The notes under the pieces: model-generated
Told to the model about the DNA's origin: nothing
The model's database searches: none
What the model saw: only the letters and a program-made list of their open reading frames with translations
Source: an uncultured Chthonomonadaceae bacterium
GTDB lineage: Bacteria; Armatimonadota; Chthonomonadetes; Chthonomonadales; Chthonomonadaceae
Assembly (NCBI GenBank): GCA_963817895.1
Contig: CAWFQB010000003.1
Location: 672,001-736,000 of the forward strand
Reading direction: 5' to 3'
DNA: 64,000 bases
Part shown: one piece after another, positions 42,186 through 53,468 of the stretch
Numbering within the stretch: the first letter of the stretch is position 1
Layout of the letters: each line of letters opens with the position of its first letter
Translations under genes and position numbers: made by a program

Positions 42186-42321
42186 GATAGACTCTCCTGA
42201 AATGCCTTTCTCAGGCTGCCCATCGTTCGGACAGCGCGTTGACGCCTGAGATTAACGGCAGATTTCAGTTCGGGTTCTATCAGTGTTACTACGGGAATTT
42301 AAGACGACTTCATGAACCTCG

Positions 42322-42990
42322 TTAAACGCGAGAGGACGCTTTGCGCCGCCGCAGACCCATTCCCAACCCCCAACACCCAACCCCCAACACTGCCACGCTG
42401 CCGGGTTCGGGAACGGCGGCAACCGGTGTCGAAAACGCGAGGAACAAGGGGCCGTTCAGTCCGCTGGCAAACGTCGTCTTGACACCGCCGGGCGTGAACT
42501 CATTGATGCTGTTGCTGATGGCGTCCACCTCAAACAGATTGCCGCTCGGATCAAACGCCAAACCGAGAGGTTCGTTCAGGCCGGTGACGAAGGTAGACTG
42601 TACGCCGCCCGGCGTGAACTCCACGACGCTGTGATTGATAAGATCGGCGGCGAACAGGTTGCCACTGCTGTCGAAGCGTAGTCCGTTGAGGAAAAGATTG
42701 CCGGAAGCGAACGTAGACTTCGTTCCACCCGGCGTGATTTCCACGAGGCTGCCGGTGTTGCGGTTATTGACAAACACGTTGCCGCTGCTGTCTACGGCAA
42801 TGCTTACAGGCCCGCTTCTTCCAAAACCCGACGCAAAGGTAGTCCTGACACCGGCAGGCGTGAACGCATACACGTTGCCGCTGTTATTGTCGGTTTCGTA
42901 CAGCGTTTACGCGGAAACGGCGGCAGGCAGCAGGGAAAGAGAAAACGCGGCAAGGGCAAAGCCGCAGCGCGCGGAAAGGCGGGTGAACAT
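42322..42990 (-). pseudogene. PEP-CTERM protein with NHL-like repeats; in-frame TAA at 42907-42909
   Basis: Signal peptide ..AAVSA*TLYETD; repeats LAFD.SGNLF, EFTPGG..STFASGL; VPEP-TM-RRRK. Confidence 0.75.
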
Positions 42991-43154
42991 GAAACAGGTC
43001 TCCTTGAAAAGTGACAGACGTAGCGATACCGTACCAATAACCTTAGTGCATAATCTATGCCAAACTACGCCAAAAGTGGGGCATACACCAACTATTTCTA
43101 AAATAAGCAGAGAACAGGCAGCGAATACGCGGTTGCAAGGAGGGAAGCCCTCAA

Positions 43155-46100
43155 TCACCTGTCCAGCATTCGCGCAAAGACGGCATCCACAGACGGCAAC
43201 AGCGCAGCCGTTTCGCGCAGGGCGGCCAGCATTTTGCGGTAGTGGGTGATCTCGGCTTCGGTCAGAACGCGGCCCGCGCGGTCATCCAGCCACTTGAACG
43301 CGGGCTGATACCCGCCCACGCGAAACTCCCACGCTTCGGGCGGCACGTTGTCGAAATACTCCACAGCATTGAGCCACACGCGGCCCGGCTTGCCGTCCGG
43401 CGTGGGCGGAACGTAGCGTTTGGCAACATTGCGCTTTTCCACAACATGATCGCCGCCGACCGGGTACGCGATGCCGGTGGGCGTCAGGGCGGGCAATTCC
43501 AGCAGGTGCAGGGCCACGAGTTTCGCGCCGAGTGTGGCGAGTTCGTGGAACGTGTCGGCGTCGGGCGGCAGAGGCAGGCGCGGAAAGTCAATTTTCAGGA
43601 ACGGGGCGTAGCGCGTCCGGTACGTGGGCGCGTGGAACACGGCGTAGGCGTAATGAAACACGTCTTCGGGCGTCGGCGCGGTTCCAACCCGTTCCGCCAA
43701 CGCCGCCACAAACGCCGGGTTCAGGTTCGCCCGTCGTTCCTCATGCGCTTCCAACGAACCCTCTTTTGGGTACAGCCATAGTGGAAACGCGAAATTTCCT
43801 TCTTTCATGGAAACTGTATGTAGTACAGATAATGTATCAGTACAGAATACATGGTCGAAATCTGCGTTTACTTCTACTCTACGAGCCGTAATCAAAGCCA
43901 AATTAGGTTTCAGCATGTGCTGCATTAACGGGTATCTATGGTCGCCTCTTTCAATCATAACCTTATCGTAGAACACATAACGTACATCGAATGGCCTGAA
44001 CAGTACAGGTTTGACGGTGTTCTCAACATTGCCGAGTTTAGGCTTTGCCTGCGTGAAATTCCAATACGGCGACTGCTTGATTTCAGTACTTTACGATTGC
44101 ATCCTCTGGTGACAAGCGCACTATGTCTTTGAATTTTTGCGTGAGCGCTTCTCGGTCTATATCAACCAACAAGTAGTCCTTACGAGTTGCTATACCCCAA
44201 CCATTGACCGGAAATACATCCGTAATTGATTAGCCTTGCTCGTATTCTTCGCGGAGTTCTTGTTCCTGTGGGCGGAATAGGTAGAACGGCACATTGGGTA
44301 CAAGCGGCTGCCAATCTACGTTGTTCAAGTTGGAAGCGCGGAGCAATTCATATTTGCTTTTGCGCGTACCATACACATCGGCGTGATGAATTACGGCGTC
44401 CGGTGACGCGCCAACCCTTTCGGCGCGACGGATGAACACGGCAATAGCGACACCCTGCATGATGTCGAACACGTTTTCGTCTTTGCCGCCGTCAAGGGCG
44501 CGTTCCTTCTTTTTGCTGTTGCCGTGCAGGTCGAGCAGGTAGATTTCATCGAACGTTCGCATCAGGCTGCGGCGCATCCCCCGGAACGTCGGATTGTCCA
44601 GATACGAGTTGTCCGTGATGAAGGCGACAATGCCCTGCCCGCTGCGCTCGATCTCATACTGCGCGAACCGGAGGAACTTCACATAATCGTTTTGCAGCCA
44701 CTTCGGGTTCTTTTCGCCAAGCGGCTGCCCGTCTACCGTATAGTAGTCCTGCATCAGATTGCCGATGAACGTGAATTTGCCGCTCGCGTCCTTGCTTGGG
44801 TTGTCGGACTTGCCGAAATACGGCGGATTGCCAAGCACGACGAGTATCTTTTCCTGATCGCGCACCTTCACGGCTTCGCGTATCTCCTTACTCAGCACGT
44901 CCGCGCCCGGCAGGTTGATCTGTTCGGGAGCCTTGTTTATCATCGTGTCGGCAAGATAGACGGGCAGGCGTTCGCCGTCGGGCAAACCCGCGTTCAGTTC
45001 CGACAGCAGTTGCCGCAATTTGATGTGCGCGAGGGTGTACGCGGTGGGCAGGCGCTCGAAACCGTAGAAGTGCTTTGCCAGATGGTTTTTGCGCTCTGTC
45101 CGGCCAGTACGCCGCGTTCTCGCCTTGCATCATCGTCTCATACGCCTGCCGGTACGCCCGCGCCAGAAACGTCGCCGTTCCCGTTGCCGGGTCGAGCAGG
45201 CGAACGCTGTCGTCCGCCAATCCCTCCGTTTTGCCGAAATCCCGTTTCAGCACATCGTCAACCGCCCGAACAATGAAGTCCACAACCGGGTCGGGCGTAT
45301 AGTACACGCCCGCCCGTTCGCGCAGGCCGGGGTCATACGCGGCCAGAAACGGCTCGTAAAAGTGGACAAGCGGATCGTCGAACGCGCTTTTATGCTTGGT
45401 CGCCGTTTCCCGCGTTGACGCTTCCAGGTCGGAGCAGATGCCGTCCACAATCCAGTGGAATTCATCGGGCAGGCTGCCGAACTCGCTGAACTGCATCAGG
45501 GTACGGATGGGCGGCACGGCTTTGGGGATGGCGTGGAGGGCGGTTTCGCGGTCGAAAATCAGGCTTGTGGTATTGAGCCACGCGAGAAACAGGCCATACG
45601 TGAACGTCTGCGCGTACACGTCCGCGAACTTCTCTTTGTCAATGCCGTCGAAAAGCGTCTGCTTGTACAACTCCCAATACACATGCAGCGGCAACTCGTC
45701 CTGTGACAGCATGGCGTCGGCAGCCACGCGCAGGAAGCGGGCGCGGCGGGCAAGCTGCTCGGGCAATGTCTTCGGGCGAATTGGCGGCAGGGCGTACTCG
45801 CGTCGAGGAACTGTTCCAGCAGGTCGCGCAGTTCCTCCAATGCGGAAGCGGAAACCGTAATCGCGCCGTGTTCGGGCGGTTCGGGCAGGCGCGCGGTTTT
45901 CACAAGCTGCCCGTCCAGAAACAGGCGAAACTCAAAGTGGTTGGTCAGCAGGAAGTTGTGCAGGTTCAGCCGGAAACGCTCGTTCTGCTCTTTAGCGTGG
46001 CCTTTCAACTGCGTCAGCGGCGTATTGAGCGCTTCCGCTTCCACATACCCGATCACTCTTGCCCCGTTCGTCACCTCATAATCGGGACGCCCGAACGTAA

Positions 46101-46272
46101 TTTTCTTCGCTTCGCCGGTAAACTCCGCCGTTTTGCCGAGCAGGTCTTTCGCGTCCCGCAAAAACGCGCCCAGAAAGTCCCGGTACGACAATTCTTCCGT
46201 GCTGTTGGACAAAGCGGCTTGTTTGCGAATGGCGGTCAAATAGGTAAGGGCAAGCGATTCGAGCGTGGACAT
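43155..46272 (-). pseudogene. Single-chain type IIG / ISP-like restriction-modification enzyme without helicase, disrupted
   Basis: GRPDY..YVEAE, LLTN..EF; FYEPFLAAYDP..R...GVYYTP, LLDPATGTATF, GNPPY, NDYVKF, DLHGN, DENVFDI, FRPFD, IDFPRLP, VGGYQ. One in-frame TAA at 44230-44232 plus indels. Confidence 0.8.
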
Positions 46273-46401
46273 GCGGGCTTTCTCCGGCGGGTGTAGTACG
46301 GTCTATTTCTCCAGATATGGGTGGAATTCCTGCCGGGACGGGTGAATGAGGGTAGAAGCTGGCAAGGCTGCGTTCTTCCACAACATAATCGCCGCCCCAA
46401 A

Positions 46402-46435
46402 CTGAAAAACCGGCTCGTAAAAGCCGGTTTTTCAG
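46402..46435. terminator. Hairpin downstream of gyrA
   Basis: CTGAAAAACCGGCT-cgtaaa-AGCCGGTTTTTCAG. Confidence 0.7.
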
Positions 46436-46463
46436 CACGTCGGTTCAGGACAAAATCCCTCGC

Positions 46464-49400
46464 CTATTTTGTCTTCTTCCCGTTTTTGGGAGCGTCGTTG
46501 GAACCGTCTTTGCCGTTGTCGGTTTCAGCCGGTTCGATCAGGACTTGTTGCAGTTCATTGCCCGTTTGCGCGGCGGCAATCACTTCCTGTTCCACTTCGT
46601 CTGTGTCCACGAGCCGCTCAATGGTGACGACTTTATCGCCCGTGTTCAGGTTCATCAGGATCACGCCCTGCGTTTTACGGCTTTGCGTCTCCTTAATTTC
46701 GCGGATAGTGGTTTGAATGGTGACGCCCTTTTCGCTGATAATCATCAGTTTGTCATCTTCATGCACAATCGCCGCCGCAATCACCGGCCCCGTTTTGGTC
46801 GTTACATCCATCGTTTTCAGGCCGCGTCCGCCGCGTCCCTGACGGGTATACTTGCTCAGGTCGGTGCGCTTGCCCAGCCCGTTTTCACTGACCACAAGCA
46901 ACTGCTGCCGCGTGTCCGGGGCAATCACATCCATCGTGACCACATTATCGTCAAGGTCGCGTGTGCCGGGAGCGCGCATTTCAATGCCCCTGACGCCGCC
47001 CGCCGCCCGTCCCCGCGTGGGCGTGTCGGCTTCGGCGAAGCGAATGGACATACCTTTTCGCGTGACCAGAACCACATCCTGCAAACCGTCCGTATGCTTC
47101 ACCCAGTTGAGATTATCGCCGGTTTCCAGGTCGAAACAGTTCAGCCCGTTGGCGCGCAGGTTGGCGAACTCGGAAAGGGACGTGCGCTTGATTTCGCCGT
47201 ATTCCGTCGCCATGAGCAGGAAGCCATCGCCCTGCATGTTCTTCATCGGCAGAATGGCCGTTATCTGATCGCCCGGCTCCAGTTGTATCAGGTTATTGAT
47301 ATGCTGTCCGCGCGCCTGTCGGCTTGTGGCCGCCACCTCGTAGGCTTTCAGGCGGTACACCCGTCCCCGATTGGTGAAGAACAGAATGTAGTGCGTCGTG
47401 GTCGCCACAAACAGGTGCGCGAGGCTGTCCTCGTCCTTCAGGTTGGCTGCCGCCACGCCCCTGCCGCCGCGCTTTTGAGTCCGGTAGGTGTCCATCGGCA
47501 CGCGCTTGATATAGCCGTCGCGGGAAATGGTCACGAGCGTCTGCTCTTCGGGAACCAAATCCTCTTCGGTGATCTCGTCGGCTTCGAGGGGCAGGATGCG
47601 CGTCCGCCGCTCATCGCCGTACTTGTCGCGCAGCGCTTTCAGTTCGTCCTTGATGAGTTTGACCACGCGGGCCGGCGTCACGAGAATGTCTTCCAGTCGC
47701 GCGATCTCTTTGAGCAGGTTTTTGTACTCGTCTTCGATCTTCTGCGCTTCCAGTTGCGCGATCTGGCGCAACTGCATGTTCAGAATCGCTTCGGCCTGTA
47801 TCTGCGTCAATCCGAACCGCGCCACCATTTCCGTACGCGCCGTTTCGCTGTTCGCCGCGCGCCGGATGAGGGCGATAATCTCGTCCAGAAAGTTGAGCGC
47901 GATTTGCAAGCCTTCGCGGATGTGCGCGGCCTGCTTCGCCCGCTGAAGTTCGTAGCGGGTTCGGCGGGCGATCACTTCCTTGCGGTGCGCGACATGCAGG
48001 TTGATGATTTGCGCCAGATTGAGCATCTTGGGCTGGCCGTTGACGAGGGCCAGCATGATGATGCCGAACGTCTGGCGCAGTGCCGTATGCTTGAGCAGGT
48101 AGTTGACGATGCGCTTGGGCAGCACGTCCCGGCGCAGCTCAATGACCATTCTCATGCCGTGCTTGTCGGAAAAGTCGTTGACATCCGTGATGCCGTCAAT
48201 CTTCTTTTCTTTGGCAAGTCCGGCAATGGTTTTCACGAGCATCGCCTTGTTGACCTGATAGGGCAGTTCGGTCACGACAATGGCGTTTTTGCCCCCGTCC
48301 ATCGGCTCGATCTGCAATTGCGCCTGCATGATAACGCGCCCGCGCCCGGTGCGATAGGCTTCCTTCGCGCCCTTCGTGCCTAAAATCAGAGCGGCAGTGG
48401 GGAAGTCGGGAGCCGGAATGAACTTCATCAGGTCGTCGGGCGTGGCCTCGGGATGATCCAGTAAATACAGGTGCGCATCCACCACTTCGCGCAGGTTGTG
48501 CGGCGGCATACTGGTGGACATTCCCACCGCGATGCCTTCGCCGCCGTTGCACAAGAAGTTGGGGAACTTGCCCGGCAACACTATCGGCTCGCGCTTGGAC
48601 TGGTCGTAGTTGGGCATGTAGTCTACCGTCTCGCGCTCGATGTCTTCCAGCATCTCGACGGCGAGCGGCGTCATGCGGCACTCCGTATAGCGGTAGGCCG
48701 CAGGCGGATCGCCATCAACACTGCCCCAATTCCCTTGAGGGTCAACAAGGGGATAGCGGAGGCTGAAATCCTGCGCCATGCGAACCATCGTGCCGTAAAT
48801 CGCGCTGTCGCCGTGCGGGTGATACGAACCCATGCAGTTGTGTACCAACATGCCGTTGGCGACAAACTCATGGTCGCGGGCCACCTGAATGTCATAGGTG
48901 ACATCTTCTCCGGCGTCCCGTATCGCTTTCACCTGACTGAAGGTGATTCCGCTTTCCGTTAATTGCTGCACGAAATGCGCGTAGTCCGAACCGATGGCTT
49001 GCAGTTTATTGCGAATGTTCAGCTTCACCAGCGTGGAAAAATAAACCTCAAATGTTTGCGCCAAATCTTTGTGACAGCGCAGTTTGACGCCGTTCTCGTG
49101 CTTCAGTCCGGCGCGAACTTTCTGACCGGAAGCGCCCATGTACCAGCCGCCGCCGAGATGTTTGGCTTGGAACTCCGCGATAATCTTCTGTCCGAGATAG
49201 GGAATGTGCTGCCCGCGTTCCGCCGTGAAACGGTTTGTTGTCGCATGGGAATGCAGACGCCTTCGCTTCTCCGCGTGTGCCAGATCGAGATGCTCTGCCG
49301 CCCGCTGGAACGATAAACTGTAAACTTCCAGAACGTGGTTTGCATAGCGGCCATACACCGGCTTATCGCCAACGCGTCCCTCAACCGGCGCATACGTATA

Positions 49401-50450
49401 AAGGTGGCTGTGGATGTTCAAGCTATGAAGCAGAACTTGCGTCTGGCGAATGAACGTTTCGGAAATACTGGTGAAAACCAGCGTGTTATCTTCCTTGTTA
49501 ATGGAACCGTCGCCATCCACAAAGCCCGACAGGAACGCCCACGCAACGCTTTTGGGCGAACGGAAGACGGCCTCGGGTATGGCGATGTTATGCGCGTACT
49601 TGCCCCGTATGCCGAAAGCGTTGAGCAATTGGTTATTAAGTTTCGAGTTGTTGATGCGCAGGCAATGCAAACCCGCTTTGTCGGTAATGTTCGACTTTTC
49701 GCCAAACTGTTCGAGCAGAATGGTTTGCAGTTTCTGAATGATTTCCAGACTCCCGCAGGAAAAGCCGATGCGGTCATAACCCCGTCGCGCGTCACGGCAG
49801 ACCCAGTCATCCGCAAGGAAAAAGCCGAGCAGATACGCGATGTCTTCGTTTAGCGTGACGCCATCCACATCAATGTAATCGGCAATTTGGGAGGCAGCGG
49901 AACGGGAAATGATGTACTCGCCGGGAGTCAGTTCATTCGCCTGTTTCCACGCCACCTGTAATTCCGGCGTGAGAACCTTGAACTTCTGATCCACTGTGCA
50001 GACGTTCTTCATGCCGCTTGCCAGTTCCACTTCGAGCAGGGATTGACGCGGCATGATGTAGGTTTGCGTGATGGGACAAACGCCATTTTGGGTGTAAACC
50101 TCATCTCCGATTTGCAAATCTTCGATAGGCAGCAAGCCTTTGGGCGTGGATACGAGCGTACCCTCGACGAAACATGTCCCGACGACCTGCGCCGACTTGA
50201 CGCGGGCGCTTCCCGGCCCCAAACCTAAGTCGCGCATGGTGGCGAGGATGCGACGTTGCACGGGTTTGAAGCCGTCGCGCACATCGGGAAGGGCGCGCGA
50301 AATCAGCGTGGAAACGGCGTAGCCCAGATACGAGCGGCGCAGTTCCTGCTCTATGTCTATGAGCATGGAACCGCCCGCGCCATCGCTGCTGCCGTCGTCC
50401 GGGGAACGTTCCGCGCGGGGCGGTATGGGAGGAAGATTGGTATCTGCCAA
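46464..50450 (-). CDS. gyrA: DNA gyrase subunit A containing an intein
   Basis: [29 protein letters not shown], GyrA-box QKRGGRG, beta-pinwheel CTD. Confidence 0.97.
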   Translation of the reverse strand: MADTNLPPIPPRAERSPDDGSSDGAGGSMLIDIEQELRRSYLGYAVSTLISRALPDVRDGFKPVQRRILATMRDLGLGPGSARVKSAQVVGTCFVEGTLVSTPKGLLPIEDLQIGDEVYTQNGVCPITQTYIMPRQSLLEVELASGMKNVCTVDQKFKVLTPELQVAWKQANELTPGEYIISRSAASQIADYIDVDGVTLNEDIAYLLGFFLADDWVCRDARRGYDRIGFSCGSLEIIQKLQTILLEQFGEKSNITDKAGLHCLRINNSKLNNQLLNAFGIRGKYAHNIAIPEAVFRSPKSVAWAFLSGFVDGDGSINKEDNTLVFTSISETFIRQTQVLLHSLNIHSHLYTYAPVEGRVGDKPVYGRYANHVLEVYSLSFQRAAEHLDLAHAEKRRRLHSHATTNRFTAERGQHIPYLGQKIIAEFQAKHLGGGWYMGASGQKVRAGLKHENGVKLRCHKDLAQTFEVYFSTLVKLNIRNKLQAIGSDYAHFVQQLTESGITFSQVKAIRDAGEDVTYDIQVARDHEFVANGMLVHNCMGSYHPHGDSAIYGTMVRMAQDFSLRYPLVDPQGNWGSVDGDPPAAYRYTECRMTPLAVEMLEDIERETVDYMPNYDQSKREPIVLPGKFPNFLCNGGEGIAVGMSTSMPPHNLREVVDAHLYLLDHPEATPDDLMKFIPAPDFPTAALILGTKGAKEAYRTGRGRVIMQAQLQIEPMDGGKNAIVVTELPYQVNKAMLVKTIAGLAKEKKIDGITDVNDFSDKHGMRMVIELRRDVLPKRIVNYLLKHTALRQTFGIIMLALVNGQPKMLNLAQIINLHVAHRKEVIARRTRYELQRAKQAAHIREGLQIALNFLDEIIALIRRAANSETARTEMVARFGLTQIQAEAILNMQLRQIAQLEAQKIEDEYKNLLKEIARLEDILVTPARVVKLIKDELKALRDKYGDERRTRILPLEADEITEEDLVPEEQTLVTISRDGYIKRVPMDTYRTQKRGGRGVAAANLKDEDSLAHLFVATTTHYILFFTNRGRVYRLKAYEVAATSRQARGQHINNLIQLEPGDQITAILPMKNMQGDGFLLMATEYGEIKRTSLSEFANLRANGLNCFDLETGDNLNWVKHTDGLQDVVLVTRKGMSIRFAEADTPTRGRAAGGVRGIEMRAPGTRDLDDNVVTMDVIAPDTRQQLLVVSENGLGKRTDLSKYTRQGRGGRGLKTMDVTTKTGPVIAAAIVHEDDKLMIISEKGVTIQTTIREIKETQSRKTQGVILMNLNTGDKVVTIERLVDTDEVEQEVIAAAQTGNELQQVLIEPAETDNGKDGSNDAPKNGKKTK
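48837..50174 (-). mobile_element. Intein with LAGLIDADG homing endonuclease (446 aa)
   Basis: [12 protein letters not shown]...[28 protein letters not shown]; motifs [10 protein letters not shown] and [10 protein letters not shown]. Confidence 0.95.
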
Positions 50451-50802
50451 CGGACTCTCCTGAAAATGTTGCGCAGGCGTGAAGCGGACGCTTTAATGTA
50501 AACGCTTATGCCTGCCGGGTGAAGAACCATCCGACGCGCTAAAGAATAGTGGTATGCGGAATGGCTAAAAAGGGTGTGTTGCCTCTCATTAATTGTTATA
50601 TTGTACCATTTACGTACAATTTTGTCAACGTTCAAGAGGGACATAGCGGGCAGTCCACGGGGCTTTCAACCCCTTTAACCTGTTACTGCGAAAAGGTGGC
50701 GGAAACAGGAAACAGATGCGCAAACATTGCGGCGCGGCCTGCGTAAAATGGGAACGAAGACCACAAAACACAACAGCGGCAATAAGAGCCTATCCCAACA
50801 AA

Positions 50803-50846
50803 TTCTCCTTCCCCAAACTTGGGAGAAGGGGCATGGGTTGAGGGCT
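50803..50846 (-). repeat. REP-like unit, inverted copy of the 41816 element
   Basis: Reverse complement reads AGCCCTCAACCCATGCCCCTTCTCCCAAGTTTGGGGAAGG. Confidence 0.8.
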
Positions 50847-50877
50847 AATTGTATGGTCGCGCGCAGAGGAGATGTGA

Positions 50878-51388
50878 ATGGCAAAACGTTTGAAGCAGGC
50901 GAGCGAGGATAGCGACGTGAAAATTGTGATACGCGCCCTTGCGCTAGGTGGGGTGGCGGGACTGCGGGCGATGCTTGCGCCCGCCCTGTTCAGCAGCAAA
51001 CTGGCGCAAAAGAACCCGGACAGCGCGGCGGGCAAAATCGCCGAGGCCCTTGCTGAGCCGAAAGTCGCAACCGCGCTGAAAGTATTATCGGCAGGCGAAA
51101 TGATCGGGGACAAACTGCCCAAAACGCCGGATCGGATCGCGCCCCTGCCCCTGATTGCCCGCGCGTTTTCCGGCGCGCTGGTGGGCGGGGCCGTGTTCGG
51201 AACCGCCGAAACGCCCGACATGGATCGGGGCGGCATTGGGCGCGGGCGCGGCCATTGGGGCCGCTTACGGCGGCTATCATCTACGTAAATACCTTGACGA
51301 GAAACTCAACCTGCCCGATCCCGTTGTCGCGCTTGTCGAAGACGCCCTCGCGGTCAGCATCGGAACGAGCGTGCTGGCGACAAAATAA
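50878..51388 (+). CDS. DUF4126-like membrane protein (frameshift near 51215)
   Basis: GVAGLRAMLAP, GEMIGDKLPKTPDR, VALVEDALA. Confidence 0.7.
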
Positions 51389-51393
51389 ATAGC

Positions 51394-52182
51394 ATGGACG
51401 AAGTACGCATTAACAACTGGAACGAACTCAACGAGCATCTGTATGCCGGGGCGTGGCAGGAGGCGATGGGACGGTTCCGGTCGCCGTTCGCGTTTCGGGG
51501 CATGTCGCATGTGGAGCGCGATCTGACTTCGAGCCTGATACGGCTGGGCGTCAGCTATGAGAAGCAGGAGGGACACATGCTGCGCAACTTCCGCAAATAC
51601 GCCCATCCTGACAACCCCTTCACGGACTCGATCTGGAACTGGCTCGCCCTCGCGCAGCATCACGGCCTGCCGACACGCCTGCTGGATTGGACGTACTCGC
51701 CGTTTGTCGCTATGCACTTCGCCACGGACGAATTTACGAACGCGCAGGCGGACAGCGTGATCTGGCGTATTGATTTTGTGAGCGCGAACCGGCTTCTGCC
51801 CGACGGCCTCAAAGCGATTCTGGAAGAGGAGGGCGCGGACGTGTTCACGGCGGAGATGCTGGATAAAGCGTCCTCTACTCTGGGCGATTTCGACAAACTG
51901 GCGGACGAGCCGTTTTTAGTTTTCTTTGAGCCGCCCTCGTTCGACGGGCGCATTGTAAACCAATTCTCCCTTTTCTCGCTCATGTCCTCGCCAACAGCGA
52001 ATTTGACGGATTGGGTAGCCGCGCATCCCGACCTGTGCGGCAAAACCATTGTGTCCGCTGCCGCAAAACTGGAAGTGCGCGACAAACTGGATCAGGCCAA
52101 TATAACGGAGCGTGTTCTATTCCCTGGTCTGGATGGCTTCAGTCGGTGGCTGAAACGCTATTACACGCATATTAAGCCCTGA
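51394..52182 (+). CDS. FRG-domain protein
   Basis: AFRG, LALAQHHGLPTRLLDWTYSP.VA..FA, LFPGLDG. Confidence 0.92.
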   Translation: MDEVRINNWNELNEHLYAGAWQEAMGRFRSPFAFRGMSHVERDLTSSLIRLGVSYEKQEGHMLRNFRKYAHPDNPFTDSIWNWLALAQHHGLPTRLLDWTYSPFVAMHFATDEFTNAQADSVIWRIDFVSANRLLPDGLKAILEEEGADVFTAEMLDKASSTLGDFDKLADEPFLVFFEPPSFDGRIVNQFSLFSLMSSPTANLTDWVAAHPDLCGKTIVSAAAKLEVRDKLDQANITERVLFPGLDGFSRWLKRYYTHIKP

Positions 52183-52399
52183 GTTATAGATTTATGGTAA
52201 GGCGGCTGGTTTCGACCCGACGACGCGCTTTTGGCGTAAACCCGGCAACAATTTCAGGAACTAACAGGCAAGAAGCCCGTCCTGTCAGGCGTTGATGGAA
52301 ATGCCGCAGAGAATGGCCGCTTCCATCGCCAATGCATAACTATTGCCCACTCAGCGTGGAAGCGAAACGGGCTGTGTTTTGAAAATGGAGCAAACGATC

Positions 52400-53266
52400 A
52401 TGGGAATGACAGTGGTAGGCTTGTTTGAAACGGTTGCCGAAGCGGAAGCGTCCCGACAGGAATTGAAGCAGAACGGGTTTGCCGCCCACGAGATTGATCT
52501 GCGCGAACCCGTAGGCGCGCATCAGCGGGGCGGCGACATGAGCGAACTCATGGAAGAACTGCGCGAGGATGGCGTTCCCGATGAGGACGCGCGTTTGTAC
52601 GTCGCGGGTGTTCAGCAGGGGGACGCGCTGGAATTTCTACGCACAACAAATGAAAAATCGCAGATCGCGCTGGACATTATGAACCGTCACGGCGCGCTCG
52701 ACATTCACCACGCGCATGAAGTGCGGACACGAACGACCACAACCACCACCACTCCGGGCGCGGTAGTGGGGACTGCCGTTGCTGCCGCTACGATGTCTAC
52801 GGCCCCTGTCGTCGCCGCGCCCGTCACGCAAACTATAAACACCGCAGGCGAAACGGTTCTTCCGGTTGTGGAAGAGGAAATCGCGCTGGGTAAGCGCGAA
52901 ATCAATCGCGGCGGCGTCCGCGTGTATACCCGCGTTACGGAAACACCGGTTGAGGAGAGCATCAATCTGCGCGAGGAGCATGTCACGATTGAGCGCCATG
53001 CGGTCAATCGCCCGGTTGACGCGGCCACGATGAGCAATCTACGCGAGGGTGTGATTGAAGTGACGGAAACCACAGAAGTGCCGGTCGTCGCCAAAGAAGC
53101 GCGTATTGTCGAGGAAGTGGTTGTCGGCAAGGAAGCAACGGAGCGCGTGGAAACCGTGCATGATACCGTTCGCCGCACAGACGTGGAAGTGGAGCAAATC
53201 GCCGGCACAACAACCACAACCGGAACGACTTTCGATACCGCCACAACCACCGACCGCAAAATCTAA
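52400..53266 (+). CDS. YsnF/AvaK (DUF2382) domain protein
   Basis: VVGLFET..EA; VVEEEI.LGKR...GGVRV, EEVVVGKE, VRRTDVEVE. Confidence 0.88.
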   Translation: MGMTVVGLFETVAEAEASRQELKQNGFAAHEIDLREPVGAHQRGGDMSELMEELREDGVPDEDARLYVAGVQQGDALEFLRTTNEKSQIALDIMNRHGALDIHHAHEVRTRTTTTTTTPGAVVGTAVAAATMSTAPVVAAPVTQTINTAGETVLPVVEEEIALGKREINRGGVRVYTRVTETPVEESINLREEHVTIERHAVNRPVDAATMSNLREGVIEVTETTEVPVVAKEARIVEEVVVGKEATERVETVHDTVRRTDVEVEQIAGTTTTTGTTFDTATTTDRKI

Positions 53267-53334
53267 GCGTATCGGGCATTCGCCAAGTCCATTTTGCCAT
53301 TGCGCCGGTGTAGATTATGAAGGCATGTCGAATA

Positions 53335-53381
53335 CAGCGTCCCGCCTTTTCCTGATAAAAATAGGAAAAGGCGGGACGCTG
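53335..53381. terminator. Strong hairpin after the ysnF-like gene
   Basis: CAGCGTCCCGCCTTTTCCT-N9-AGGAAAAGGCGGGACGCTG. Confidence 0.7.
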
Positions 53382-53468
53382 CTGTATAATAGAATACAAA
53401 TTCCAACCCGAAACATTCTATTCGCAACATCCGGCTCTCAAACCATTCGATACTGAGGAAGCGCAAAC

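Noticed and set aside
46464..50450. parC rather than gyrA
   Set aside because: A GyrA-box (QKRGGRG) and a full C-terminal pinwheel with acidic tail are present.
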